Assembly (NCBI GenBank): GCA_002269645.1
Contig: NIVC01001899.1
Location: 1 to 64,000, forward strand
Reading direction: 5' to 3'
Origin: Macrostomum lignano
Lineage: Eukaryota
Length of the DNA stretch: 64,000 nt
The translations under genes and the position numbers were made by a program. Below the pieces are notes generated by a model. It was not told where the DNA came from, did not search any database, and worked only from the letters and a program-made list of their open reading frames with translations. Positions 50,936 to 63,062 of the stretch are shown here, piece by piece; the stretch's first letter is position 1; every line of letters begins with the position of its first letter.

Positions 50936-51554
50936 TAGGGAGGCTAAGGGTTGAACAAGAGGAACCAAAATTTTATCCCCATGGAGGGAGTTACCCCAGC
51001 CAGCAAAAGCAGCAGGACGCAATCGTTCCTATTTATCTTTGACCGTGCTTGCATAAGAGAGAATCAGCGGACACAAACCGAGCCAGGCCGGGTCAAGGGT
51101 GCCACTCTAAAACCGCCGCAGCTTTATTACACAAATTCTGAACAGCCCCCCCCCCCCGATAGATAATTGAATGGCCTGTCCGGTCCCTAGGCGAGCCGAT
51201 CTGTTATTTGCCCCGGAAACCAGCCAAGCGGCTTTCTGATCGGGCCGCTACTAGCGGCCGCTCATCGATGCAAGATGGACAAATTAATTCGGCTAGAAAT
51301 TATTGCTAAAAGAAAGCCGCCCCCCCCCCCGAGATTTTGCGTGTGTTTTGTTTTGTTTTCTTTACCGTAGAGAGTCCTCTCGCGTGTTTAAGAGACCTTG
51401 ATAGATCGGTGATGAAGATGAAATTGAAGCTGCGGCACGGAGCTGGAGGGGCTGGACAGCTACGAACTGTGTGGCAGTTTAGAGTGAGCAGATGCAAATG
51501 ATGTTTGGGTTCGGGGAGATTTTTTTGAGGACTGAGTGTTGGGGAAAAGGGGAG

Positions 51555-52050
51555 CTGAGGTAAGGGGGGGAGGTGAGAGGTGGGAGATGGAAGGTGGGAG
51601 ATGGAAGGTGGGAGATGGAAGATCGGAGAGGAAAGATGGGAGCTGTGAGAGGGGAGATGCGAGATGGGAGATGGGAGATGGGTGATGGGAGATGGGAGAT
51701 AGGAGAGGGGAGATGAGAGATGGCTGATGGGAGATTGGAGTTGTGAGAGGGGAGATGGGAGATGAGAGATTGGAGTTGGGAGATGGGAGTTGTGAGAGGG
51801 GAGAATGGAGATGGGAGATGGGAGATGGGAGATGGGAGATGGGTGATGGGAGATTGGAGATGGGAGAAGGGAGAAGGGGGAAGGGAAATGAGAGATGGGA
51901 GATGGGAGATTTAAGATGAGAAATGTAATGTTAGAGATAGTAAGAGATGAGCATGAAATACGAGGGGAACAAGGAGATGGAAGCGAAGAGGATGGGAAAG
52001 GCAAGCGAAGAGGATGGGAAAGGCAAGCAAAGAGGATGGGAAAGGGAAGC
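51555..52050. repeat. Purine-rich 7-bp repeat (gggagat)n, degenerate
   Basis: Direct reading. Confidence 0.88.
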
Positions 52051-52923
52051 GAGGAGTGAGGGAACCGGAAGAGAGAAAATGACTTAGCAAAGAAGAGCAG
52101 ACCTTGGCTTGTTTGGAAATCAGCTAGATTTCAGTCGTACGGATACCTCGAGGCAGACCAAAAAGACAGCAAAAAATTTCTTTTACGCTAGTATCTAGCG
52201 TGACTCGCTCTCATCTTTTGACCATTTTTCTGTCAAGGAACATCAGTAGTCAAACTAAAAAATTGATGCTTAATAATATGGATAGACGGGAATGCTTTGT
52301 TATATGAAGGTATAATATCAAAAGCCAAATTGACTACAGCCGCTCAGGTTCCCCTACCATGTATCTATAGACGAGTTCCCAGCTTAGGCACAAAGAATTG
52401 ATAACTGACTACGGGGAAATCGCTGCAGAGTCTGAGCTTCTGCCCCGTCAGCTTCAAGCATCGCGGATAGCATAGCCGCATTGTTAGTGCATTGTAGACT
52501 TCAGCATTGTAGCTGAGAGCTAAGGCTAGAGACAAGTCCGCAAATGGGGATCGGGAGGGCAGCGCTTTGCCTTTCAAGCCCTTCTCTTTTGCTAGCCGAA
52601 GGGGACTTAGGGGATATGCTGCCCCATCCCATGCACCCAAGCCGTCCTCCTGTAAGCGAATGTAGCCGCACAGTTCAAAGTATAGCAGAATAATTTCTCT
52701 TTGTGCAGGCAGGGGACCACTTTGGACCTAAATGCACTGGATAGGGCAGCAGCCGGTTGGTAAGGTGGGTGATCGCTTATCCACCCGCCTGCTGCCTCAT
52801 TGAGGTACTAATGTGGGATTCCAAAATTTGACCCATCAATTCCAATACTCTCCGATGAACGTAGCTAAAGTATCGAAAGTTCAAAACTCGCACGTGACCT
52901 TCATTTCTCTCAAGATGCACGAA

Positions 52924-55313
52924 CACGCTTAACCCACCTCATCACGTAGCTCAGTGTCCAAGCTTGCTAGAGACAGTCCTGCACTGTCGCACGCTTAACC
53001 CACCTCATCATGTAGCTCAGTGTCCAAGCTTGCTAGAGACATTCGTGCACTGTCGCACGCTTAACCCACCTCATCATGTAGCTCAGTGTCCAAGCTTGCT
53101 AGAGACAGTCCTGCACTGTCGCACGCTTAACCCACCTCATCATGTAGCTCAGTGTCCAAGCTTGCTAGAGACATTCGTGCACTGTCGCACGCTTAACCCA
53201 CCTCATCATGTAGCTCAGTGTCCAAGCTTGCTAGAGACAGTCCTGCACTGTCGCACGCTTAACCCACCTCATCATGTAGCTCAGTGTCCAAGCTTGCTAG
53301 AGACAGTCCTGCACTGTCGCACGCTTAACCCACCTCATCATGTAGCTCAGTGTCCAAGCTTGCTAGAGACAGTCCTGCACTGTCGCACGCTTAACCCACC
53401 TCATCATGTAGCTCAGTGTCCAAGCTTGCTAGAGACAGTCGTGCACTGTCGCACGCTTAACCCACCTTATCATGTAGCTCAGTGTCCAAGCTTGCTAGAG
53501 ACAGTCCCGCACTGTCGCACGCTTAACCCACCTCATCATGTAGCTCAGTGTCCAAGCTTGCTAGAGACAGTCGTGCACTGTCGCACGCTTAACCCACCTC
53601 ATCATGTAGCTCAGTGTCCAAGCTTGCTAGAGACAGTCCTGCACTGTCGCACGCTTAACCCACCTCATGTAGCTCAGTGTCCAAGCTTGCTAGAGACAGT
53701 CCCGCACTGTTGCACGCTTAACCCACCTCATCATGTAGCTCAGTGTCCAAGCTTGCTAGAGACAGTCGTGCACTGTCGCACGCTTAACCCACCTCATCAT
53801 GTAGCTCAGTGTCCAAGCTTGCTAGAGACAGTCGTGCACTGTCGCACGCTTAACCCACCTCATCATGTAGCTCAGTGTCCAAGCTTGCTAGAGACAGTCC
53901 CGCACTGTCGCACGCTTAACCCACCTCATCATGTAGCTCAGTGTCCAAGCTTGCTAGAGACAGTCGTGCACTGTCGCACGCTTAACCCACCTCATCATGT
54001 AGCTCAGTGTCCAAGCTTGCTAGAGACAGTCCCGCACTGTCGCACGCTTAACCCACCTCATCATGTAGCTCAGTGTCCAAGCTTGCTAGAGACAGTCCTG
54101 CACTGTCGCACGCTTAACCCACCTCATGTAGCTCAGTGTCCAAGCTTGCTAGAGACAGTCCTGCACTGTCGCACGCTTAACCCACCTCATCATGTAGCTC
54201 AGTGTCCAAGCTTGCTAGAGACAGTCCTGCACTGTCGCACGCTTAACCCACCTCATCATGTAGCTCAGTGTCCAAGCTTGCTAGAGACAGTCCTGCACTG
54301 TCGCACGCTTAACCCACCTCATGTAGCTCAGTGTCCAAGCTTGCTAGAGACAGTCCCGCACTGTCGCACGCTTAACCCACCTTATCATGTAGCTCAGTGT
54401 CCAAGCTTGCTAGAGACAGTCGTGCACTGTCGCACGCTTAATCCACCTCATCATGTAGCTCAGTGTCCAAGCTTGCTAGAGACAGTCCTGCACTGTCGCA
54501 CGCTTAACCCACCTCATCATGTAGCTCAGTGTCCAAGCTTGCTAGAGACAGTCCTGCACTGTCGCACGCTTAACCCACCTCATGTAGCTCAGTGTCCAAG
54601 CTTGCTAGAGACAGTCCCGCACTGTCGCACGCTTAACCCACCTCATCATGTAGCTCAGTGTCCAAGCTTGCTAGAGACAGTCCTGCACTGTCGCACGCTT
54701 AACCCACCTCATGTAGCTCAGTGTCCAAGCTTGCTAGAGACAGTCCTGCACTGTCGCACGCTTAACCCACCTCATGTAGCTCAGTGTCCAAGCTTGCTAG
54801 AGACAGTCCCGCACTGTCGCACGCTTAACCCACCTCATCATGTAGCTCAGTGTCCAAGCTTGCTAGAGACAGTCGTGCACTGTCGCACGCTTAACCCACC
54901 TCATCATGTAGCTCAGTGTCCAAGCTTGCTAGAGACAGTCCTGCACTGTCGCACGCTTAACCCACCTCATCATGTAGCTCAGTGTCCAAGCTTGCTAGAG
55001 ACAGTCGTGCACTGTCGCACGCTTAACCCACCTTATCATGTAGCTCAGTGTCCAAGCTTGCTAGAGACAGTCCCGCACTGTCGCACGCTTAACCCACCTC
55101 ATCATGTAGCTCAGTGTCCAAGCTTGCTAGAGACAGTCCTGCACTGTCGCACGCTTAACCCACCTCATCATGTAGCTCAGTGTCCAAGCTTGCTAGAGAC
55201 AGTCCTGCACTGTCGCACGCTTAACCCACCTCATCATGTAGCTCAGTGTCCAAGCTTGCTAGAGACAGTCCCGCACTGTCGCACGCTTAACCCACCTTAT
55301 CATGTAGCTCAGT
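52924..55313. repeat. 57/60-bp minisatellite (cgcacgcttaacccacctcat[cat]gtagctcagtgtccaagcttgctagagacagtcctgcactgt)n
   Basis: About 40 near-identical copies. Confidence 0.98.
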
Positions 55314-55604
55314 GCCCTCCAGTTTGCTAAGCCGGGCCGTGCGTCATACTCTCGACCAGACTGCATGGTCATTGTCGCGTTTGGGTGAGTGGCGACCGCA
55401 TGCAGTTCATCGCATGGTCGGTAGACGAGCCCCGGATGTTTTTTTCTGGCTACCAACAATATTGATGAATTATTATGCTGGAATAAAATAGAAAGATCTC
55501 AATAGATCCGGGTTAATTAATTATGATAATTAGGATGGAGAAACTCGATCTCCATTCGCCGACAGTCAATGGCAGGGAGTCAGAAGGGATTCAGCGGTAG
55601 TCAG

Positions 55605-55722
55605 CCAATGAGAGGCGACTTCGGTTGTTAACATAAATAGCAATAGAGCTGAGCTAAACAGTGATCCGACGGACGCAACTCAGCTCTAGTTGGTTCTTCG
55701 GAAATAACAGAATTCGGTAAGT
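55605..55722 (+). promoter_or_regulatory. Candidate core promoter and first non-coding exon
   Basis: CCAAT at 55605, cataaata at 55632, and a consensus donor G|GTAAGT at 55717. Motif-level support only. Confidence 0.35.
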
Positions 55723-56573
55723 TGAAATCTGATTTGCTTTTTGTACTTTGTTAGCGTGCACTAATTAGCATAATGACTACAAGGCTAGGAAAAGTTCGTC
55801 TGCCAGTAGCAATAACAGTTTTTGCACTTCTAAAGGCCACTCAATTACCGGCACCATCTCGGAGCCTCTGTCGCCGACGCACTTTCTAACTGAATAGACG
55901 CGAGTCTCAATATGAGAGTCACGCAGACAGACTGACAGTTGCAAGGACGGCAAGGGCTTCGAATAAGCTGGGAGAATTTATTGATTTTTAATCAGACTGA
56001 GCCGAAGGGACTCCGAGCCAGCATTTCCGAGGCCCGGGGGCGACGCTCGCCTCGAATGGAGTGAGAACGCAGGACCCTTCTCCATACGAATACGGGCCTG
56101 ACCTCCCGACAGCCGCAAGCTACCGGCACAGACCAAACCTTGACTTCTGCAACTTCCCGAACTCGGATGGAAGCCACCAAACTCAAGCTCTCCCAGACCC
56201 AGCGGCTTCGTTCTTCACTTCTAGCGTAATCTGCTGCGCCCGACCCCGGGGGACCCAATCTATTTTCTGAGAAATGTCATCAACCATCAGCGAGAGCCGA
56301 AAGTGAGAAAGCAGAGAGGGGCCGGGTGGGCAGCGATCGGGCCAAAGAAGTTAACTTGAACTTCGCTTACCCGCGAACTCTGCGGGAAAACTTGAACTCC
56401 AATCCTGCTCTCAGTTACTGGCCACTTAACTTTCTCTTCTCGCCACGCGGCAGAACTGGACTTTTTTCTTTCGGGATTCAGAGATCCGGTGAGGGAATTG
56501 AATGCAACAAAACTTCTTAGCTCTGTACAGTACAGTTTAATTCGCAATAATCCGTTAACGGCTAACCGAAGGG

Positions 56574-57057
56574 AGAGAGTGTAGCAGCTACCTGAAGGAT
56601 CAGATGAGAGAGTGTAGTAGCTACCTGAAGGATCAGATGAGAGAGTGTAGTAGCTACCTGCAGCTACCTGAAAGATTAGCCTGAAGCTACCTGAAAGATT
56701 AGCCTAAAGCTACCTGAAAGATTAGTCTGAAGCTAACTGAAAGATTAGCCTGAAGCTACCTGAAAGATTAGCCTGAAGCTACCTGAAAGATTAGTCTGAA
56801 GCTAACTGAAAGATTAGCCTGAAGCTACCTGAAATATTAGCCTGAAAGATTAGCCTGAAGCTACCTGAAAGATTAGCCTAAAGCTACCTGAAAGATTAGT
56901 CTGAAGCTAACTGAAAGATTAGCCTGAAGCTACCTGAAAGATTAGCCTGAAGCTACCTGAAAGATTAGTCTGAAGCTAACTGAAAGATTAGCCTGAAGCT
57001 ACCTGAAATATTAGCCTGAAAGATTAGCCTGAAGCTACCTGAAAGATTAGCCTGAAA
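56574..57057. repeat. 23-bp minisatellite (gaagctacctgaaagattagcct)n
   Basis: Direct reading. Confidence 0.93.
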
Positions 57058-57557
57058 CTAAATGAATCATGCCATAGCTGCTAGCATTTCGCATTGTATT
57101 CATTGTTTCTAAGCAACAATCGTTGTTTTCTTTTCTTCTGCGCAAGTCTGCAGCAGTTGTTGCAGATCTTGTTGACAGCAATTTTTCACAAACGGTTTCT
57201 CCAATCCTTTTGAAAACTAGACGGTCTCTTCTTCAGCTGGCAAAAAATCTCTGAGTGTTTGCGTGCAGTCTGTCTGTCTTCCAATGAGTAATCAGGGAGT
57301 TAACAAACATTATCTGATATTTCTGACCATGTGGCCATGCCTCAAAAAATTAATCTGCAACTACTCAAGCTTAGTGGAGCAGCTCAGAGACTAAAGCTTA
57401 AGAGCTATTTTCTGACAACAAGCTTACTGTTATTATTAAGTCTGGGGTTGCCATGTTTTTTGCATTCGACATGATTAATTAGCTCGATTTGGGAACGGAT
57501 CAGGGCTGTGAGATCACTGCTCACGAGCCGCTGAGCCAGTGCTCATAGTCGTAAATC

Positions 57558-58641
57558 TATGTGAGATCTGCAGAATGCAATGTGAGATCTGCAGAATGCA
57601 GTGTGAGATCTGCATAATCAAAGTGTGAGATCTGCAGAATGCAGCGTGAGATCTGCAGAATGCAGTTTGAGATCTGCAGAATGCTGTGTGAGATCTGCAG
57701 AATGCAGTGTGAGATCTGCAGAATGCTGTGTGAGATCTGCAGAATCCAAGTGTGAGATCTGCAGAATCAAAGTGTGAGATCTGCAGAATGCAGTTTGAGA
57801 TTTGCAGAATCCAGTGTGAGATCTGTAAAATGCAGTGTGAGGTCTGCAGAATCCAGTGTGAGATCTGTAGAATGCAGTGTGAGGTCTGCAGAATCAAAGT
57901 GTGAGATCTGCAGAATGCAGTTTGAGATTTGCAGAATCCAGTGTGAGATCTGCAGAATCCAAGTGTGAGATCTGCAGAATGCTGTGTGAGATCTGCAGAA
58001 TGCTGTGTGAGATCTGCAGAATCCAAGTGTGAGATCTGCAGAATGCTGTGTGAGATCTGCAGAATGCTGTATGAGATCTGCAGAATGCAGTGTGAGATCT
58101 GCATCATGAAAGTGTGAGATCTTCAGAATCCAGCGTGAGATCTGCAGAATCCAGTGTGAGATCTGCAGAATCCAGTGTGAGATCTGCAGAATCCAAGTGT
58201 GAGATCTGCAGAATGCTGTATGAGATCTGCAGAATGCAGTGTGAGATCTGCAGAATCAAAGTGTGAGATCTGCAGAATCAAAGTGTGAGATCTGCAGAAT
58301 GCAGTGTGAGATCTGCAGAATCCAAGTGTGAGATCTGCAGAATCCAAGTGTGAGATCTGCAGAATCCAGTGTGAGGTCTGCAGAATCCAGTGTGAGATCT
58401 GCAGAATCCAAGTGTGAGATCTGCAGAATGCAGTGTGAGATCTGCAGAATGCAGTGTGAGATCTGCAGAATGCAGTGTGAGATCTGCAGAATGCAGTGTG
58501 AGATCTGCAGAATGCAGTGTGAGATCTGCAGAATGCTGTGTAAGATCTGCAGAATCCAAGTGTGAGATCTGCAAAATGCTGTGTGAGATCTGCAGAATGC
58601 TGTGTGAGATCTGCAGAATGCAGTGTGAGATCTGCAGAATC
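57558..58641. repeat. 21-22-bp minisatellite (gtgagatctgcagaatgcagt)n
   Basis: Direct reading; each unit contains the palindromes AGATCT and CTGCAG. Confidence 0.96.
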
Positions 58642-59095
58642 CATAATGAGATTGGATTGCTGGGTCAGTCAGCCATTTTGCACTTTTCTTGCTGATGCCG
58701 CTCGATTGCAGACATTGGTTGAAACAGGGAAAAACATCTAGATAAAAAATTCAGGACTCCCAGCTGACAAAAAAGGGATTGAGAAGTCTGCAGTTCTAAT
58801 CAGGGCTTCTGCCAGGATCTGCTTCTACAGTAGCAGCAATATATTGGTTCCAACAGCCTTCGCTCCACATGCGACCAGCCCGTAAGATTCTCATCTCTGG
58901 ACTCATCCCGATGATAACTTGCCTTCATCAAATATTTAGCCAATTTTTTTCGGCTATAAAATTTTCTTTTTATGCCAGCCTCTCCGATGATGGGTATGGG
59001 AAGCGGAGAGGGCGCTCAGGCTGACTGAGTTGAATCTTTGCACAGTTGGGATTTGTTGCTAAGGTCTTTGTTTCATGCCTCATAGGACTCTCCTT

Positions 59096-59712
59096 ATACC
59101 CCTGTCCGCCTCCCTCTACCCCTCTGTCTGTCTCCCTCTACCCCTCTGTCTGTCTCCCTCTACCCCTCTGTCTGTCTCCCTCTACCCCTCTGTCCGTCTC
59201 CCTCTAACCCTCTGTCCGTCTCCCTCTAACCCTTGTCTGTCTCCCTCTAACCCTCTGTCTCCCTCTAACCCTCTGTCTCCCTCTAACCTCTGTTTGTCTC
59301 CCTCTAACCTCTGTCACCCTCTAACCCTCTGTCTCCCTCTAACCCTCTGTCTCCCTCTAGCCCTCTGTCTGTCTCCCTATAACTCTCTGTCTGTCTCCAT
59401 CTAACCCTCTGTCTCCCTCTAACCCTCTGTTTCTCTCTAACCTCTGTTTCTCTCTAACCTCTGTTTGTCTCCCTCTAACCCTCTGTCTCCCTCTAACCCT
59501 CTGTCTCCCTCTAGCCCTCTGTTTCTCTCTAACCTCTGTTTGTCTCCCTCTAACCCTCTGTCACCCTCTAACCCTCTGTCTCCCTCTAACCCTCTGTTTC
59601 TCTCTAACCTCTGTTTGTCTCCCTCTAACCCTCTGTCTCCCTCTAGCCCTCTGTCTGTCTCCCTATAACTCTCTGTCTGTCTCCCTCTACCCTTCTGTCT
59701 GTCTCTCTCCCA
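59096..59712. repeat. Pyrimidine-rich 18-22-bp repeat (ccctctaaccctctgtct)n
   Basis: Direct reading. Confidence 0.92.
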
Positions 59713-60139
59713 TCTTTTATTGGAAGATAATTTTTGCAAGCGAATTTGTAGGCAAGCCAAATGCCATCTCGATACATTGAAACTTCCCTTCAACTGTTGC
59801 CTCGTGCGTCTTGCTTTCTCCCAACAGCTCTACAAAGCCTTCATATGGCCTCAGTTTCACCCAATACATTCTCTCCGACAGCCTTCCCTGTCAGTGAAAC
59901 AAAACAACAAAACGTGTTCAACTGCACCCAGAAATGGCTGTGAAGAATTAAAAAAATGTTCCAATTGTAAATTTCTACTTCAAGCGTGTCCGGTGTGAAA
60001 TCGGTCACGAGTGGCGCTTCGTAGGTTAAATTTTTTCTCGCTGTACTTTTTCAAAATTTATCCTGCGAATAGGAGGATGCAATGCGGTATTCTTTAGCCC
60101 TTTTAGCCTAATATGCTTCCCTAATGATAGTGAAATGGG

Positions 60140-60622
60140 CAGAGAGAGAGGGAGAGAAGGAGAGAGGGAGAGAGGGAAAGAGAGAGAGGGAGATATGGAA
60201 GGAGGGAGTGAGGGAGAAAGGGAGAGAGGGGAAGGGGGAGAGAGAGGGAGAGACGGAGATAGGGAGATATGGAGAGAAGGAGAAAGGGAGAGGGAGAGAG
60301 GGAGATAAGGAGATATGGAGAGAAGGAGAGAGGGAGAGGGAGAGAGGGAGATAAGGAGATATGGAGAGAGGGAGAGAAGGAGATAAGGAGATATGGAGAG
60401 AGGGAGAGAAGGAGATAAGGAGATATGGAGGGAAGGAGAAAAGGAGATAAGGAGATATGGAGAGAAAGAGAGAGGGAGATAAGGAGATATGGAGAGAAAG
60501 AGAGAGGGAGATAAGGAGATATGGAGAGAGGAGAGAGGGAGATAAGGAGATATGGAGAGAGGGAGAGAGGGAGATAAGGAGATATGGAGAGAGGGAGAGT
60601 GGGGGGCAGAGATGAGAGAAGA
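60140..60622. repeat. Purine-rich repeat (gagagggagataaggagatatgga)n
   Basis: Direct reading. Confidence 0.9.
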
Positions 60623-62536
60623 GGGACAGAGAAAAGGGTACTCAAGACAGTGCACCATACGCACAAGACAGTGATACGGGGAGAAAGAAAGCGCTGGAAG
60701 GGATATAAGGACAGCGGCGGAAACGCCTGAAGTGCCAGCTCCGCTCACCAACAGGCCAGAGACGGGTGCCGGGGCTCATCTCGGCACGACAGAAGCCCAA
60801 AGAAAAATGAAAGCAGAAAAGGCAGCTCTTCAATTTCGCAAAACTGCTATTCCATAATTTGGGCGCGTCAGCAGAACTCCAGCAGCGGATTAAGCGCTTC
60901 GGGGTTCGAGCTGCGTGGGAAATTTTGAAATCTTGAGGGAATTTAATAAGCTGAGAGACAGAATTTCGCGGCTAGTTCAGTAAGAGTCGGTTTCGAATCC
61001 AGCTGTTAGATGATGGATGAAGCTGGAGGGGGCGGAGGAGGCTGGGAATTAATCTTCAGCCCAATTTTCGGTTGCTCGGGGGTTGTGGGAGGCAAAAGAC
61101 CCCCCCCCAGCCCCACCCCAGTCTGACTTTCGATGCGATTAGACGGGGAAATTTGGCGGGATCAGAATGTGTTGAGTGGGAGTGCAGTTTTCTTGGGGAT
61201 TTGCTCAGGTGAGAATCGGGGATCTGAGTGGCGTCGCGCTCCGAGACCCGAAGACCTGCTAACGTATTTTTCCACTAGACTTCTAGGAAAAACTTGAAAC
61301 AAACCTCAGCCAAGTGATTGAGTGACTGAACTTCAAGTTAGTAGTTAATATGATCACCTCTCTCTGCTTTTAGCGGGCGTTGGTTCGAGTCCTAATCTTT
61401 GGCTAGTTTTTGTCAAATTTTAAATCCACAACGTAAAAAGTTATTTACGATACATATCGGATGCAAATGCTTGACTTGGAAGGATTTGAATTGACATTGA
61501 GATGATCATCCCGATTCGACAGGTAAGAAACATTTTCATAACCGATCGAGCAGTGAATTGTTACCTAATTTGAATGCAATAGTAACAGCCTAGTGTGCGA
61601 GTACAATGAATGTTTTTGAGACAGAAACTTTAATCTTTATTGAGTTACGATGAGGTACGCGCTAGGCTAAGAGCGGACTCAAAAAAGGCTGCAGCTACAA
61701 GTTTTTTCTTGTCAAACAATTTCTAGGCAATAGCTACCGGAGAAAGTGCTGTTCTCTTGTGCAAAAAGCAAGAAATTTGGGGTTGTTTGGGGTGAGGGCG
61801 GATATTGGCTCAGACGGATCCTCAAACCATGCGCCACCCTGCTCAAAATCAACAGTCAACCGCACAGAAGAGTCAAGGTCTCAGCGAACTTCAACTCTCG
61901 TGTGTGACTTTTGAGCTGCCCTTCGATTCCTTTGTCCTTTCTGTGCTCAGAAACCATAACGGCCATACCCGGACACATTGCGCTAAGTTGGTTAATTGTA
62001 ACTAGATTGACTTGATCTACAGATCCGTCCCTCTCCCTGTCCTATCAGTTTGTAGGCCCTGGAGAGAGAGGGATTAATAACCTCCACCGGCATTATCTGC
62101 AGAGACTCTCGCAGACACCCGGCAGCTGGTCGCGCACTCTAATGAGCGCCCGGGAAGTGATGAAGGGTCGAGGCAGAGGAAAAGGGTTGGCGGGCGATGA
62201 GTGGCCCATGAAGATGATGTCGTTGACGCGCTCTCGAGACGGCCAGAGTCGTGCGAGACGGATGTTAATCTTGGCATGGCGTACGGCTGATCAGAGGGCG
62301 GAGAATCCCTGATTGAATTTTTTTATCTCAGCTCCTGTTTCACCTGCCGAGCAATTTGGAGGGAGGGGTCGAATGTCGGCATTTAATTGAAACTAGCTGG
62401 AAAACATTGCTATGAGTATCGAATTCAGATTTGGGCACTTAAATTGCTTGTTTTTAATCTGGTTTTTAATCTGAACTTGAAGCGATATATTTGAGCTACT
62501 TTGGAATCGAGTTGAGTTGATTAAATGAGCCGAGGC

Positions 62537-62951
62537 TTAAACTCGTCAGGGATTAAACTCGTTAGGAATTGAACTCGTCAGGAATTGAACTCGTCACGGA
62601 TTAAACTCGTCAGGAATTGAACTCGCCAGGGATTAAACTCGTCAGGACTTAAACTCGTCAGGGCTTAAACTCGTCAGGGCTTAAACTCGTCAGGGCTTAA
62701 ACTCGTCAGGGCTTAAACTCGTCAGGAATTAAACTCGTCAGGGCTTAAACTCGTCAGGGCTTAAACTCGTCAGGGCTTAAACTCGTCAGGAATTAAACTC
62801 GTCAGGGCTTAAACTCGTCAGGGCTTAAACTCGTCAAGGCTTAAACTTGTCAGGGCTTAAACTCGTCAGGGCTTAAATTCGTCAGGGCTTAAACTCGTCA
62901 GGGCTTAAACTCGTCAGAGCTTAAACTCGTCCCGTTGGTTAAACTCGTCAG
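62537..62951. repeat. 16-bp minisatellite (aaactcgtcagggctt)n
   Basis: About 25 copies, ending about 110 nt before the GPCR ATG. Confidence 0.95.
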
Positions 62952-63062
62952 TCCTGAAACTTGTGATGATCGACAGCTTGGCGAGTGTCCAGACACCCGC
63001 TGGCTGAATTACAAGCAACTCATCCAACCCCCTTTCCAATCCAGACTCCCCAGCTTTGAAGG

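Noticed and set aside
52365-52726. Roughly 120-codon minus-strand ORF with faint resemblance to a Penelope-type RT motif
   Set aside because: Key motifs (MGSPLSP, YVDD) are not present; cannot be supported without a search.
52924-55330. gtagctcagtg in each unit as a tRNA A box or tandem tRNA/SINE array
   Set aside because: No B box and no cloverleaf in the unit or after the last copy.
55992-56547. Several 64-88 aa ORFs in GC-moderate unique DNA
   Set aside because: No recognisable domain, splice-phase support or codon bias.
56574-58641. Complementarity between the 23-bp and 21-bp arrays as another bracket pair
   Set aside because: Only short scattered matches; not distinguishable from chance.
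61340-61395. ggttcgagtcc B-box-like motif (possible tRNA)
   Set aside because: No convincing A box or acceptor stem; at most a decayed SINE head.
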